Positions 28,395 to 38,629 of a stretch of 64,000 bases of DNA are shown here, piece after piece. Below the pieces are notes generated by a model. It saw nothing but the letters and a program-made list of their open reading frames with translations. It searched no databases and was not told where the DNA came from. Location: contig JAKAGM010000001.1 of the NCBI GenBank assembly GCA_021815445.1, forward strand, positions 3,447 to 67,446. Reading direction: 5' to 3'. Each line of letters opens with the position of its first letter. The stretch's first letter is position 1. The stretch comes from a bacterium. GTDB lineage: Bacteria; Patescibacteriota; Patescibacteriia; UBA10025. A program made the position numbers and the translations under genes.

Positions 28395-29243
28395 ATGCGC
28401 TATATAAAAAAATACATTTACCTTGTGCCTATCGTCATACTGTTAATGCTCGCAGTAGGTTTTTTCGTATTTCGAGGCGACGGAATGCTCGTCGTCACCT
28501 TCCTCGATGTCGACCAAGGAGACAGTATCCTTATCCAAAGCCCTTCAAGCGCCACTGTCCTTATCGATTGCGGGCCGGACAGATCAGTGCTCTCGGAGCT
28601 CGGCCGCAGTGTGCCGTTTTATGACCGGACAATTGATCTTCTCGTCATCACGCATCCCGATGCCGACCATATCACCGGATGCATTGATGTCGTCGAGCGG
28701 TATCGCATTTCACGGGTGCTGATCACAGGCATTGCCTCAACAAGCAACCTGTGGTCAATTTTGGACGATGCCATAGAACGAAAACACATTCCCGCCACTG
28801 TAGCGCGGGCTGGTGAATCATTTATGTTTGATAGGGCTGTGCTGCGCGTCCTGTTTCCTCTTGAGGACGTTTCCGGCCAAACGTTTAAAAACACGAACGA
28901 CAGCTCGATAGTTGCGATGCTTGAGTATGGCGATGAAAGATTCCTTTTCACGGGCGATGCGAATGTCAGTGTTGAGCAGAAACTTCTCCAAGTGGGAACC
29001 AACGTGTCCGCCCAAGTGCTCAAAGTCGGGCATCACGGGAGCAGGACATCGTCATCACGGGAGTTTCTCGAAAAGGTGCATCCGGCTTATGCCGTCATCC
29101 AAGTAGGTGAGAAAAATAAATACGGACATCCGACTCAGGATGTTCTCGAAAGGTTGCGGCACATTGGAGCCAAAGTGTTGAGAACGGACAGAGACGGACG
29201 GTTAGAGATGAAGAGTGATGGAAGACAGGTGCGGGTTAAGTAG
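28395..29243 (+). CDS. Membrane-anchored MBL-fold metallo-hydrolase resembling the ComEC C-terminal beta-lactamase-like domain
   Basis: Motifs LDVDQGDSILI, ITHPDADHITG and KVGHHGSRTSS, encoded separately from comEC. Confidence 0.65.
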   Translation: MRYIKKYIYLVPIVILLMLAVGFFVFRGDGMLVVTFLDVDQGDSILIQSPSSATVLIDCGPDRSVLSELGRSVPFYDRTIDLLVITHPDADHITGCIDVVERYRISRVLITGIASTSNLWSILDDAIERKHIPATVARAGESFMFDRAVLRVLFPLEDVSGQTFKNTNDSSIVAMLEYGDERFLFTGDANVSVEQKLLQVGTNVSAQVLKVGHHGSRTSSSREFLEKVHPAYAVIQVGEKNKYGHPTQDVLERLRHIGAKVLRTDRDGRLEMKSDGRQVRVK

Positions 29244-29253
29244 ACTCTGAACT

Positions 29254-29784
29254 ATGTCGCGGCCCTTTCACTTACACGTAGAAGAAGGATATTATTTTCT
29301 TACTGCTCGGACTCAGCAAGGATACCCGTTTTTACATAGCCAAAATGCCAAAAGAATTCTCTTAGGATCAATTGAACAATCGGTTCAACAATGCACGATT
29401 AAACTTTTTGCGTGGGTAATAATGGATAATCATTACCACATTCTTATCGGTACCGATAGGGGGCAAAGAATACAACAGCTTATGCAGCTGATTCATGGAA
29501 GAAGCTCAAGACGTCTACGAAAGTTTAATCAAACGGAGGGCAGACTGATCAGTCTGCCCTCCACGGGGTGGAAAGTCTGGCAAAATTACTGGGACATATG
29601 TATCCGTGATGAGGCAGATTTCTTTACCCACCTGAACTATATCCACCACAACCCGGTCAAGCACGGATTAGTGAGAAGGATGGAGGACTACCCATTTTCA
29701 AGCTATAGACAATACGTTCAAACAGAGGGTTCTCAGTGGCTCGACAGCTCCTTTGAGACTTATCCCGTCATTGACTTTACATAG
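29254..29784 (+). mobile_element. IS200/IS605-family Y1 transposase / REP-associated tyrosine transposase (RAYT)-like gene
   Basis: HYHIL (HxH) motif plus C-terminal ...YIHHNPVKHGLV...DYPFSSYRQY (catalytic Tyr region) in an AT-rich segment. No flanking IS ends were identified. Confidence 0.6.
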
Positions 29785-29906
29785 TAGTAACCTTTCAGCT
29801 GCCTGACCATTACGTCCGCCTTGACAAAAGTTTACAGTTCATGTACGGTATGGGGAATTTCTAAATCACAAACTGTTCATCACATTCAACAGAAAGAGAG
29901 GTTTGT

Positions 29907-30974
29907 ATGGCCGCGGATCCAAGCGCTGAAAACACAGGATCCCGCCCGGGGCGACTCAGTGCGCTTCGAGATTTTACTTCGCGTTTTAAACCCACATTCA
30001 AAGCCGATGATAAGGCAATGCTCTTACTTCGGCTGGTCCTCTTCGTCGCGTGGGTCGGAGCCACCCTGGCTCTAGCTTTCACGCACCCGTTTCTGGCCGT
30101 CACCTTGTTTGGCACGGTTATGTTCTTCTTCGGCACCGTCAAGGTGGACGAAGGCAACCGTGGACTTCCATCTCTGCTTGGCGGGCGCAAACCCGTAAGT
30201 TTGCCTGAGGGCCTGAAGCCAGTCCTACCATTTTTGATCACGGTGCGCAGTATTGATATCCGTGATCATCTGACGATGGTAACTGTCAGGCATCAATCCG
30301 CGGACGGTTTCTTTCATGATGTGCAGGTTGCCGTGCAGTGGCATGCCCCTCGACGAAATGATGAGTCTGGTCGATGGTTCGACGGTCGTCAGCTTCTGGC
30401 GTTCGACAACCTTGAACCAGGGGTTGCTGAGCGGCAAGTGATCGCGCTGACCGAACAGGCTACAGAGCCCACCATAGCTTCCTATGCCCACGATCAGCTG
30501 TCCGGCATTAATGTCTACCAGTTGGTGGACAAGCTCAAGGATGCTCTGGAAAATGGGGTCAGCCTTGACCTGGGCGCAATCTTCTCCCGGGACTCGGCAA
30601 TCGCCCTGAAAACCCGGGCGGACATGGCTCGCCAAATCCGCGATGTCATTTCCGTCCAGCTGAAGTCTGTCGGGATTGTTGTCTCGATGGTCGCTATGGC
30701 CGTCGTGAATCCCGACAAGACCATTGTTGACCTCCTGGAGGAAATCCAAAGGCAGTTTGTCGAGAAGTCCTCCCAGGCGCTCGATACCGCGGGTGACATT
30801 CAGAAAGCGCTTCAGTTTGTCGAGGCGGCTAAGAGGCGCGGCCAGGAAGTTACGCTGCTTGACGCGTATCGAACGATTCGCGACCTCGATAACCGGGAAG
30901 TTGCAGCGAAGCAGGGCCTCTCAAGTGCCCTCATTGAAAGTCTTGCGAGGGCGGTCAGCAGTCAGGCAGCATGA
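29907..30974 (+). CDS. SPFH/Band-7 domain protein (stomatin/flotillin-like) with N-terminal membrane anchor
   Basis: TM region then a Band-7-like core and a C-terminal coiled coil (EEIQRQFVEKSSQALDTAGDIQKALQFVEAAKRRGQE). The start codon is ambiguous. Confidence 0.5.
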   Translation: MAADPSAENTGSRPGRLSALRDFTSRFKPTFKADDKAMLLLRLVLFVAWVGATLALAFTHPFLAVTLFGTVMFFFGTVKVDEGNRGLPSLLGGRKPVSLPEGLKPVLPFLITVRSIDIRDHLTMVTVRHQSADGFFHDVQVAVQWHAPRRNDESGRWFDGRQLLAFDNLEPGVAERQVIALTEQATEPTIASYAHDQLSGINVYQLVDKLKDALENGVSLDLGAIFSRDSAIALKTRADMARQIRDVISVQLKSVGIVVSMVAMAVVNPDKTIVDLLEEIQRQFVEKSSQALDTAGDIQKALQFVEAAKRRGQEVTLLDAYRTIRDLDNREVAAKQGLSSALIESLARAVSSQAA

Positions 30975-31431
30975 TCTTTCAACTTCTTCGGGTGTGAGCG
31001 GCCCAAGGGTGTTCACCTCCCACGGACTCGTGTATTTTGCGGGTCCTTTTTTTGTTCAAGTGGGATTACGAATCCCACCTACACGTGAGGCGGTCTTGAC
31101 AAGATCATGGTAAATGTGGTAAGGTGGGGTGCTTTTTATGATGCACAAAGTGTGTCTTAGGAAGCTTGTCAGGAGGGTAGTATTTGAATGCTCTTTGACA
31201 ATTGAATGAACAATCAACTTAAGTTCTCATAACTCATAGCTCACCCCAGATGCGGGTGGAAAGGAGTAATTCCTTATGAACGCGCATGCGTTCAAAGTGT
31301 CTTTTGGCACTTGGTGCGCCAGGGCACCCGCAAATTCCTGGACGTTTCCACTTCCAACGCGGGAGGTGAGCGATGGTTGAGCAGTATCTTGGAATGGCGC
31401 AAGTTGTTGAAGCGGGAGGAGGTGATCCTTC

Positions 31432-32355
31432 GTGAGGGAAAATCCAGCTTTACCCTTCGGCACATTAATTCGATGGGGAATTTCTGCTGCCAGACGGCAC
31501 AGCGAAGGTGAATTTAAGGATGGCATCCACTTCCTACATGAAGCCGACCACATGCTCTTTGCTTTTTTGCGAGAGCTAACCGACCGCACACAAAGTCCAG
31601 AACTTCGAGCACTTTTGAATTCCGTCGTCGAAGAACTGGGCCATTCCATTGGAGACAGCGAAATGGTACAGCAGCGGAGAGACAGAGGCAGGGGACAGCC
31701 CCAAGGAGCCTCTGTACAGAAAGATCGTCAACAGAATGTTAAAGTTGGCGATTCAGCACGAGGCAGAGTAAAGGTGAACGATCTTTCGGGCGCCGGCGGA
31801 GACCGTCTCAGACATATTCTGCAAGTAATTGATACCAAGGATGCGGAGCGAGCTTCATTGGTTTGCGAGAAGCTTGATGAGCACAGTCAATCGGGGCTGC
31901 TGCATCTTGGTCAAAGTCTGATCGCAGCGGGTGGTACGGATAATGAACAAAAGGACCTGCTGCTGAGACTCCTCGGCATCGGTGTTGGTGAAGAAAAACA
32001 AGCACACTCGAACACCGAAGTGATTACGAGAGCCGCGGAAGTTCTTTCGTGGCTTTCACCCGAGACTAAGCTGAAACTTCACGCAGCTAAGGCAAGCAAT
32101 GAAGCGCTCGCTGCTTTGCATCCTCTGGGAGAAGATCGCGTGCGCAAGTTGCTTGACGAAATGGCGCAAGATCTGGAGTTTCTCGAACAGCTCGTTGCGG
32201 CTAAACACGGGAGAATCCAGAAGGGTTTTTCTTGGATAGGCCGCATGTTTCAAAACTTGCGCGGAACACCGGCAAGCACAGATCAAGTGGAGGCCGCGCG
32301 CGCAAGCAACCTTGCAGCATGGGCAGCGGTCGAAGCACAACGCAATGCGAGTTAA
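31432..32355 (+). CDS. Hypothetical all-helical protein
   Basis: Long ORF with no recognisable motif; start uncertain. Confidence 0.35.
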   Translation: MRENPALPFGTLIRWGISAARRHSEGEFKDGIHFLHEADHMLFAFLRELTDRTQSPELRALLNSVVEELGHSIGDSEMVQQRRDRGRGQPQGASVQKDRQQNVKVGDSARGRVKVNDLSGAGGDRLRHILQVIDTKDAERASLVCEKLDEHSQSGLLHLGQSLIAAGGTDNEQKDLLLRLLGIGVGEEKQAHSNTEVITRAAEVLSWLSPETKLKLHAAKASNEALAALHPLGEDRVRKLLDEMAQDLEFLEQLVAAKHGRIQKGFSWIGRMFQNLRGTPASTDQVEAARASNLAAWAAVEAQRNAS

Positions 32356-32409
32356 CTGCAACCAATCCCCGGTGACGACAATTGTCCCGGTGCAAACTGG
32401 AGAAATACA

Positions 32410-33023
32410 TGGCTGATAAAAGTGATGAAAGGGAAAAGCGTCCCGACAAGGACGAAAGGCCGAAATCAACCGCCGAAAAGGTGGCTGAGATAGCGGCTGA
32501 TCCTGTCACAGGGATGCTCGAAGGATTCGCCCAGGCGTTCCGCGAAATCGTGATGGACAGATCCGTCGCGGAGCTTGTGGTTCTGTGGCTGATGGGACTC
32601 GTGACTACGAAGATTGTAGTTAACGGGATCTCAAACTTCATTCGCAATGATGCAAACCTCGTGGACATGAAACACCAGCACAAGATGGAGCTTCTTGGCC
32701 GCCTCACCGGGAACACTGAATGGTTCCTGAAGCAGTGCAAGAAGACTCTGATTGAATGCAAGGACTTCGTGTTCGACAGAGCGAGTAAGTATTACCAGTT
32801 CCTCAAGACCAAGGACACCGAAAGTGCGGCATGGATCACGACCCACGCAGATCGTTTTGCAGCGGATGCGGAACGGATCCGTTTGGGGAGGAAGCAGGTA
32901 AGCTTTCTTCACCCACTCAGTGTGTTCAACCGGAGATTGGTATGGCGTCGTCGCTTGTGGCCAATCTCAATCCAGACGATCACCGTACCAACAACAGCAG
33001 TCAATGCTCAGGAGGTAAACTAG
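32410..33023 (+). CDS. Hypothetical protein with one predicted TM helix
   Basis: GGAG RBS before the ATG at 32410; charged N-terminus (MADKSDEREKRPDKDERPK); TM at VAELVVLWLMGLVTT. Confidence 0.4.
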
Positions 33024-33024
33024 C

Positions 33025-34995
33025 ATGTCGGATGCAAATTCGACTTCAACTGGCCCGGAAGACGGCGCTGATACCATTTCTAAAAAGCGCGGTCTCTTCA
33101 AGTGGCTGTTACACTTGTTTGACAAGGAAAAGATGGATCCGGCAGCTCGTGGCCTCCTCAACGAGATTGACACTGAGGAAGGCACCAAACCGGTATGGCT
33201 CCTATGGGGTGCGTTGGCGGGAATGTTCTTCGCCTTCACTCAAACCGGCCGGTCTGGCGTCGACGCTGGCTACCAGTTCGTGAATCGCGAGCTGCAGCGT
33301 TTTCTGGATTTCACAAAACGCATCGCAGTGTTTACGGTATGGTGCGTGCTTCCAGGAGCGTTCTCGTACGTATTCTGGCTCTTGATGGCGACATGGCTGC
33401 AATTCGATCCGTCGTTTTGGCTGTTCTGGTCGGGGATCCTGGTTGCTCTCGGATGGACTGTGTTCTTCACCTATTTGGTGGTCATCCAGAGCATCATTCG
33501 GCTTCTCAAAGTTCAGGAAGACCTGTCGACAATCGACACCAAAACTCCGGAAGGAAAGAGGCTGAAGGAAGAGCGACGTGCGGCACGTTTTGCTCTCGCT
33601 GGCGCGTTCTCGAAATCGATCCTGTGGTGTTGCCTCTATATCCTGTTCGGTATGCTGTTGCGGCCGTGGGAACATCTCCTCACGTTCGTTATCTTCAACC
33701 TTTCCCTCTTTGTGACGCTCTTGACGAAAGACTCGTCACAGCGGGGGCGTGAAGGTAAGTGGACGATCGGACATCTCATGGAAGCTGTGCAAATCGGCAG
33801 CATAGCCGCGGTATGCATTTTCCTGACGATTCACTACTGGAATGTTGGTCTTCGGCGCGCGGGTGGTCCCCAGGTTGCAAAAGTCCTCGATGCCCTTGCT
33901 GACGTGGGTATTGTCACTTCGGACCAAGTTCTCGGTTGGGCACCGGTGAAGAGACAGGTCGACTCACTGAAAGTCGTCCGTTCAAAAGCAGAAGATCGGA
34001 ACAAGGACGGTTTTGTCGATGCTCTCGATACCGCATTTGCCGTCATGGATATCGACGGTCGCGGCGGGATGCCAAATCTCGCCGATCTGAGAGCTTTCCC
34101 GCTGTATTTCAGGTCAACCGCTGACACCACCATCAGTGAGCTCGGTGACGGTACGATGGATACCACAATTGTACGTGGCCCGCGCGAGTGGACTCTTCAT
34201 GCCACTGTCGGACCCTACAAGCAGCCGGTCGGCGACTTCAACGGCGATTTCCATGTCAACATGGAGGACTCCCTAGATTTCGCAAATTATCTGCTTATGG
34301 GTGGACACCCGCCAATCTACCAGACCGATCCGGATATGATCCCCGCCGGCGACAGACCTCTCACATCCGAGCCTCCAAAGAAGGACACTCTCGTGCTTTA
34401 CGGATCCTTGGAGAAACCTGAGGCTCGCTATCCGTCAGCCGATGTGAGGGATCGCGCTGACAGAATCCGCCAGCTCGCGGAACGCCAAGTAGAGGGAGAA
34501 CAGCAGCGTGCGGTGGTCGTACCGTCGGTATCTGAAGTGCCGATGGCATACTCACCGCAAACGGTGAATTACAACGTGGATGCGAAGAATCCCGAGCCCC
34601 TCTCCATAGGGCGATTCCCCAGCGGTTCTGTGATTCACATCCTGGCCACGGGCAAGATCAGGTACGATAATTTACTCGCCCAAAGGTTCACGATCGGTCC
34701 CATCGGAGATCCCGAGCAGGGGCCGGTATGGAAGGCCAATGTTGCCGGCGAAGACTTACCGATCTGGCATGGAGCACTATGCATCGTGGTCCCGCCAGAT
34801 AAGTCCATCAAAGGATTCGTACCCCCGTCGCAACACATGCCCTTGAATTGGATAAGGGATGGTGGCGGCGTATGGATTGCCGACTTCCCTGTCTCAATCG
34901 ACGGGGAGTATGAGCTTGTCGTCGCAGACGGAGGATACGGCGACAATGACGGGTATTACGTGGCTACGGTCAAGTGGTCACGTCAGTCAAGTTAG
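33025..34995 (+). CDS. Large hypothetical membrane protein (about 7 TM N-terminal half plus about 330-aa soluble C-terminal domain)
   Basis: Tightly coupled to the previous gene (1-nt gap). No known motif. Confidence 0.45.
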   Translation: MSDANSTSTGPEDGADTISKKRGLFKWLLHLFDKEKMDPAARGLLNEIDTEEGTKPVWLLWGALAGMFFAFTQTGRSGVDAGYQFVNRELQRFLDFTKRIAVFTVWCVLPGAFSYVFWLLMATWLQFDPSFWLFWSGILVALGWTVFFTYLVVIQSIIRLLKVQEDLSTIDTKTPEGKRLKEERRAARFALAGAFSKSILWCCLYILFGMLLRPWEHLLTFVIFNLSLFVTLLTKDSSQRGREGKWTIGHLMEAVQIGSIAAVCIFLTIHYWNVGLRRAGGPQVAKVLDALADVGIVTSDQVLGWAPVKRQVDSLKVVRSKAEDRNKDGFVDALDTAFAVMDIDGRGGMPNLADLRAFPLYFRSTADTTISELGDGTMDTTIVRGPREWTLHATVGPYKQPVGDFNGDFHVNMEDSLDFANYLLMGGHPPIYQTDPDMIPAGDRPLTSEPPKKDTLVLYGSLEKPEARYPSADVRDRADRIRQLAERQVEGEQQRAVVVPSVSEVPMAYSPQTVNYNVDAKNPEPLSIGRFPSGSVIHILATGKIRYDNLLAQRFTIGPIGDPEQGPVWKANVAGEDLPIWHGALCIVVPPDKSIKGFVPPSQHMPLNWIRDGGGVWIADFPVSIDGEYELVVADGGYGDNDGYYVATVKWSRQSS

Positions 34996-35161
34996 TTGAT
35001 TGTGTCATTTCAATTGTTCAACGGGGGACGAGTCTTTACGATTCGCCCCCTTTTTATTTAGCGGCATCAGATGTTTGCATAATGGGTCATGCAGACATTT
35101 TTTAAGTTGAAATAAATTTTCGAGCGGCGATAGCATGTAAAAAACTTGGAAGAATTCTCAC

Positions 35162-35190
35162 TTGAAATAATATGCGTTCCATGGTATACT
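35162..35190 (+). promoter_or_regulatory. Sigma70-like promoter TTGAAA-17-TATACT upstream of the NHL/FG-GAP protein gene
   Basis: TTGAAA 35162-35167, TATACT 35185-35190, AT-rich UP-like region upstream. Confidence 0.4.
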
Positions 35191-35224
35191 GAGTCAGGAA
35201 ATAAAAAACCAAAACCATTATCCC

Positions 35225-38200
35225 ATGCTACGACGGTATCTCTTTTTTACCGCAGTGTTTGGCGCGATAGCCATCGCGATAAGCATTTTTGCTGTGCCTG
35301 TCGGCCATGCTGCTTACGGTGATACGTCAACATTTATAGGTCAAATCTATGCCGGGGATGGCGGTCAGGTGCTGGACGCGTACTTTGATTTTCCTGATGA
35401 CATGATCCTTGATGCATCCGGAAATTTTCTCATCGCCGATACGTATAACAATGTCGTTCGGAAAGTGGACGGCTCGGGTATCGTGAGCACGATGGCCGGC
35501 ACGGGGTCGACGGGATTCATTAACGGTGCGAGCGGGTCAGCCGAATTTTATCAGCCGCGGGCGCTTGTCGCCGCTGCGAACGGCGATATCTACGTTGCTG
35601 ATTCCGCGAACAACGCCGTGCGAAAAATAAGCGGAGGAATTGTTTCCACCGTAGTTTCATCGGGGCTGAATTCGCCTCTGGGGCTCGCACTTGCCGGTAC
35701 GGCACTCTATATCTCTGATTCAGGAAACAATGCAATCAAGTACGTGAGCACGAGCGGAGGCGCCGTCACTACGTTGGCGACTGGCGTGAATGATCCCCGT
35801 AAACTTATCGTCAGCGCCGACGGTTCAAAACTTTATGTTGCTGATAACGGGAATCACCGTGTTGTTTCCATTGCACTGCCCGGAGGAGCCGTCACGGTTG
35901 TCGCCGGGTCGGGAACGTCAGGGTATGTCGAAGGAACCGGCACGGCTGCCCAATTCCAAAATGTCTGGGGGCTTGTCCAGGATGGAACGACACTCTACGT
36001 CACCGATCATGACGGGCTGGTGACTGACAGGATTCGCACTATTAATTTAAATACCGGGACGACCGGCCTTTTTGCCTTTGACCAGTACCAGCGCACAATG
36101 CTCTACCCCGGGGCCCTTGTCATAAAAGATGGTTACCTCTACGCGATGATGACCGGTAGAGGCACCATTCAACGATTTCTCCTTACTGATTCCGCTACGA
36201 CAGACCACTTCGGAGGTGTGGAGGCCTTCAGCGACACGATAGGCACCAACGCATTGGTGGGCAGGCCGCTTGATTTGACGTTGTCTCCCGACGGGAAGTA
36301 CGTGTACTTTTCCGAGAACAACAAGGTACGGAAGTTTGATGCGACCACGGGCGAGGTGCTCACCGTGCTTGGCTCCATTACTGACGGGTACCGTGAAGGC
36401 ACGGATGCGTACCCGAGTCCCATGAGATTCAGCGGGCCTTTTGGCATCACCGTGAACTCCACAGGCACGCGGCTGTATGTCGCCGACAGGAACAATAACA
36501 GGATCCGGGGAGTGCTTCTTGACGCGACTCCAATTTCTTCGTTCCTGGTGAGCGGAGCCGGGTTGACGAATACGACCGGCACGCAGGACAACGGCTACCA
36601 GGAGGGCGTGAAGTGCGAAGGAGAACTTGCCCAAGGGGTGTCAGGATGCGCGTATTTCAAAAATCCTGCGGGTATAGTCATTGACCCGACAAACACGTAT
36701 CTCTATGTCACCGATACGGGGAATAACCGCGTGAGGAGAGTCCGCATCTCCGACGGCCAAACTTCACTCATAGCCGGATCCGGGACAGCGGGATTTGCCG
36801 ACGGCGCCGGTTCCGCGGCAAAATTCAACCGGCCATTCGGGATAGCGATTGATTCGGCGGGCAAATTCCTCTATATCGCCGATTCAAACAATCATCGCAT
36901 TCGCAAGATTGACCTTGCTACCAATACAGTCTCGACATTGATCGGAACCGGGGCCCTCGGCTACGCCAATGCAACCCCGTTGAATTCAGTGCTCTCGTAT
37001 CCCGAATATGTCGATGTCACCAGTAATGGCAATGTGTATTTTACCGAAGCGGGCTCCCAGCGCATCCGTGTGTTTGATATTGCCGCAAACGCAGTCAAGC
37101 TTGTCGCCGGCTCCGGCACCCGCGGCTTCCTCAATGGCGCCGCGTCGGTGGCGAAGTTTAACAATCTCAAGGGGCTCGCAGTAGATACTCAAAAGAACAA
37201 GATTTTTGTCGCAGATTCCTGGAACGACCTCATTCGCGCCGTCAATATTACCGGAGATATTCCGTATACTGACCCGGCTCCCGAGGTTGCGGCTGTATCA
37301 CCGAAAAACGTCAATCCCGCGTGGAACACCGGGTCGGGCCTTAAAGTCCAAATCACGGGAAAAAACTTTCGGTATAACGCGACTGTATTGTTTGGAAACT
37401 TCACTGCTGAGAAGACATGGGTAGTGTCGGGGACTGCGATAGTTGCGCAGCTCCCGCTTTCAAAGATGTCCCCTGGAATCTATGACGTCACCGTTCGTGA
37501 AGCTGACGGGCAGGAAGCGACGCTGGAAAAAGGGTTCAATCTTACGCAGACAAATAATGCTCTCTCAACCACCTACTTTGCCTATGCGGGAAAGAAGCAG
37601 GCGAACATTGCCGTGGCGCCGGGAAGTTCTTTCTTTGCTTTCTCCTCAACGTTGAGAGGAGGTTTCAATGTTACCTCGGGAAATGTGGCCGGGGACAGCA
37701 AAAGCGAAATCATTGTCGGGACGGGAAACGGTATGAATCCCGAAATCCGTGTTTTCACGAATGGAGGAAAACTTCTCAGCGCGTTTGCACCGTATAGCCC
37801 CTCCATTAAGTCGGGCGTGCGCCTCTATGTCTGCGATGTGAATGGCGACGGGGCGAAGGATATAGTCACAGTCCCCGGGCCGGGCGCTGCACCGCTCGTC
37901 AAAGTATTTTCGGGCGAGGGAAAATTGGAGTCAAGTTTTTCCGCGCTCGACGGAAAGTTTAAAGGCGGCGCGTTCTTGGCCTGCGGAGATGTGAATGGCG
38001 ACGGTGTCAGCGATATAGTCGTATCCGCGGGAAAAGGCGGGGGGCCACATGTCACCGCGCATTCGTCCTCCGGCAAAATCATAGCGAACTTTTTCGCTTA
38101 TGATAAAAATTTCCGAGGAGGCATCAGGGTCGCTACGGCAGATATTGACGGTGACGGCAAGGAAGAAATCATTACCGGGCCCGACAACGGCGCGCCGCAC

Positions 38201-38551
38201 ATACAGACATTCCAGTTCCGTTCAGGGATCGTCAAGCGCCTCAATCCCGGGTGGTTCGTATTTTCCCGTGATTATCGCGGAGGGGTTTCAGTCGCGGGAG
38301 CCGATGTCGACGGAGACGGGTCAAAAGAAATCATCGTCGGGGTAGGGGACAATGCGACGCCCCTGGTGAAAGTGCTCAACAAGAGCGGTACGCTTGTGAA
38401 ACAATTCTATGCTTTTGCCACGACCTTCTTGGGCGGTGTCAATATAGGCGGTGGCGATGTCGACGGTGACGGGCTGGACGAAGTTCTTGTGCTTCCTAGA
38501 AGCGGGGGAGGGCCGAATCTCCGGATTATCAATGTCGAACAGTTGAAGTAA
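35225..38551 (+). CDS. Giant secreted protein: NHL-repeat beta-propellers plus IPT/TIG-like segment plus FG-GAP/VCBS (integrin-alpha-like) repeats
   Basis: Signal peptide; many NHL-type repeats (YVADxxNNRIRKI, NNRVRRV, NHRIRKID); C-terminal DVNGDGxxDIV / DIDGDGKEEII / DVDGDGSKEII repeats. Confidence 0.6.
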   Translation: MLRRYLFFTAVFGAIAIAISIFAVPVGHAAYGDTSTFIGQIYAGDGGQVLDAYFDFPDDMILDASGNFLIADTYNNVVRKVDGSGIVSTMAGTGSTGFINGASGSAEFYQPRALVAAANGDIYVADSANNAVRKISGGIVSTVVSSGLNSPLGLALAGTALYISDSGNNAIKYVSTSGGAVTTLATGVNDPRKLIVSADGSKLYVADNGNHRVVSIALPGGAVTVVAGSGTSGYVEGTGTAAQFQNVWGLVQDGTTLYVTDHDGLVTDRIRTINLNTGTTGLFAFDQYQRTMLYPGALVIKDGYLYAMMTGRGTIQRFLLTDSATTDHFGGVEAFSDTIGTNALVGRPLDLTLSPDGKYVYFSENNKVRKFDATTGEVLTVLGSITDGYREGTDAYPSPMRFSGPFGITVNSTGTRLYVADRNNNRIRGVLLDATPISSFLVSGAGLTNTTGTQDNGYQEGVKCEGELAQGVSGCAYFKNPAGIVIDPTNTYLYVTDTGNNRVRRVRISDGQTSLIAGSGTAGFADGAGSAAKFNRPFGIAIDSAGKFLYIADSNNHRIRKIDLATNTVSTLIGTGALGYANATPLNSVLSYPEYVDVTSNGNVYFTEAGSQRIRVFDIAANAVKLVAGSGTRGFLNGAASVAKFNNLKGLAVDTQKNKIFVADSWNDLIRAVNITGDIPYTDPAPEVAAVSPKNVNPAWNTGSGLKVQITGKNFRYNATVLFGNFTAEKTWVVSGTAIVAQLPLSKMSPGIYDVTVREADGQEATLEKGFNLTQTNNALSTTYFAYAGKKQANIAVAPGSSFFAFSSTLRGGFNVTSGNVAGDSKSEIIVGTGNGMNPEIRVFTNGGKLLSAFAPYSPSIKSGVRLYVCDVNGDGAKDIVTVPGPGAAPLVKVFSGEGKLESSFSALDGKFKGGAFLACGDVNGDGVSDIVVSAGKGGGPHVTAHSSSGKIIANFFAYDKNFRGGIRVATADIDGDGKEEIITGPDNGAPHIQTFQFRSGIVKRLNPGWFVFSRDYRGGVSVAGADVDGDGSKEIIVGVGDNATPLVKVLNKSGTLVKQFYAFATTFLGGVNIGGGDVDGDGLDEVLVLPRSGGGPNLRIINVEQLK

Positions 38552-38578
38552 AAAGCGTTGAAAAAGGAATAGCGTGGG

Positions 38579-38608
38579 TATATCAACGTGTTAACACATT
38601 AATACATT
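38579..38608 (+). promoter_or_regulatory. Palindromic operator-like site B (GTATATCAACGTGTTAACACATTAATACAT)
   Basis: Same GTTAAC-centred palindrome family; ends 22 bp upstream of the ATG at 38630. Confidence 0.5.
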
Positions 38609-38629
38609 TCGAAAGACAAGAACAGATCC

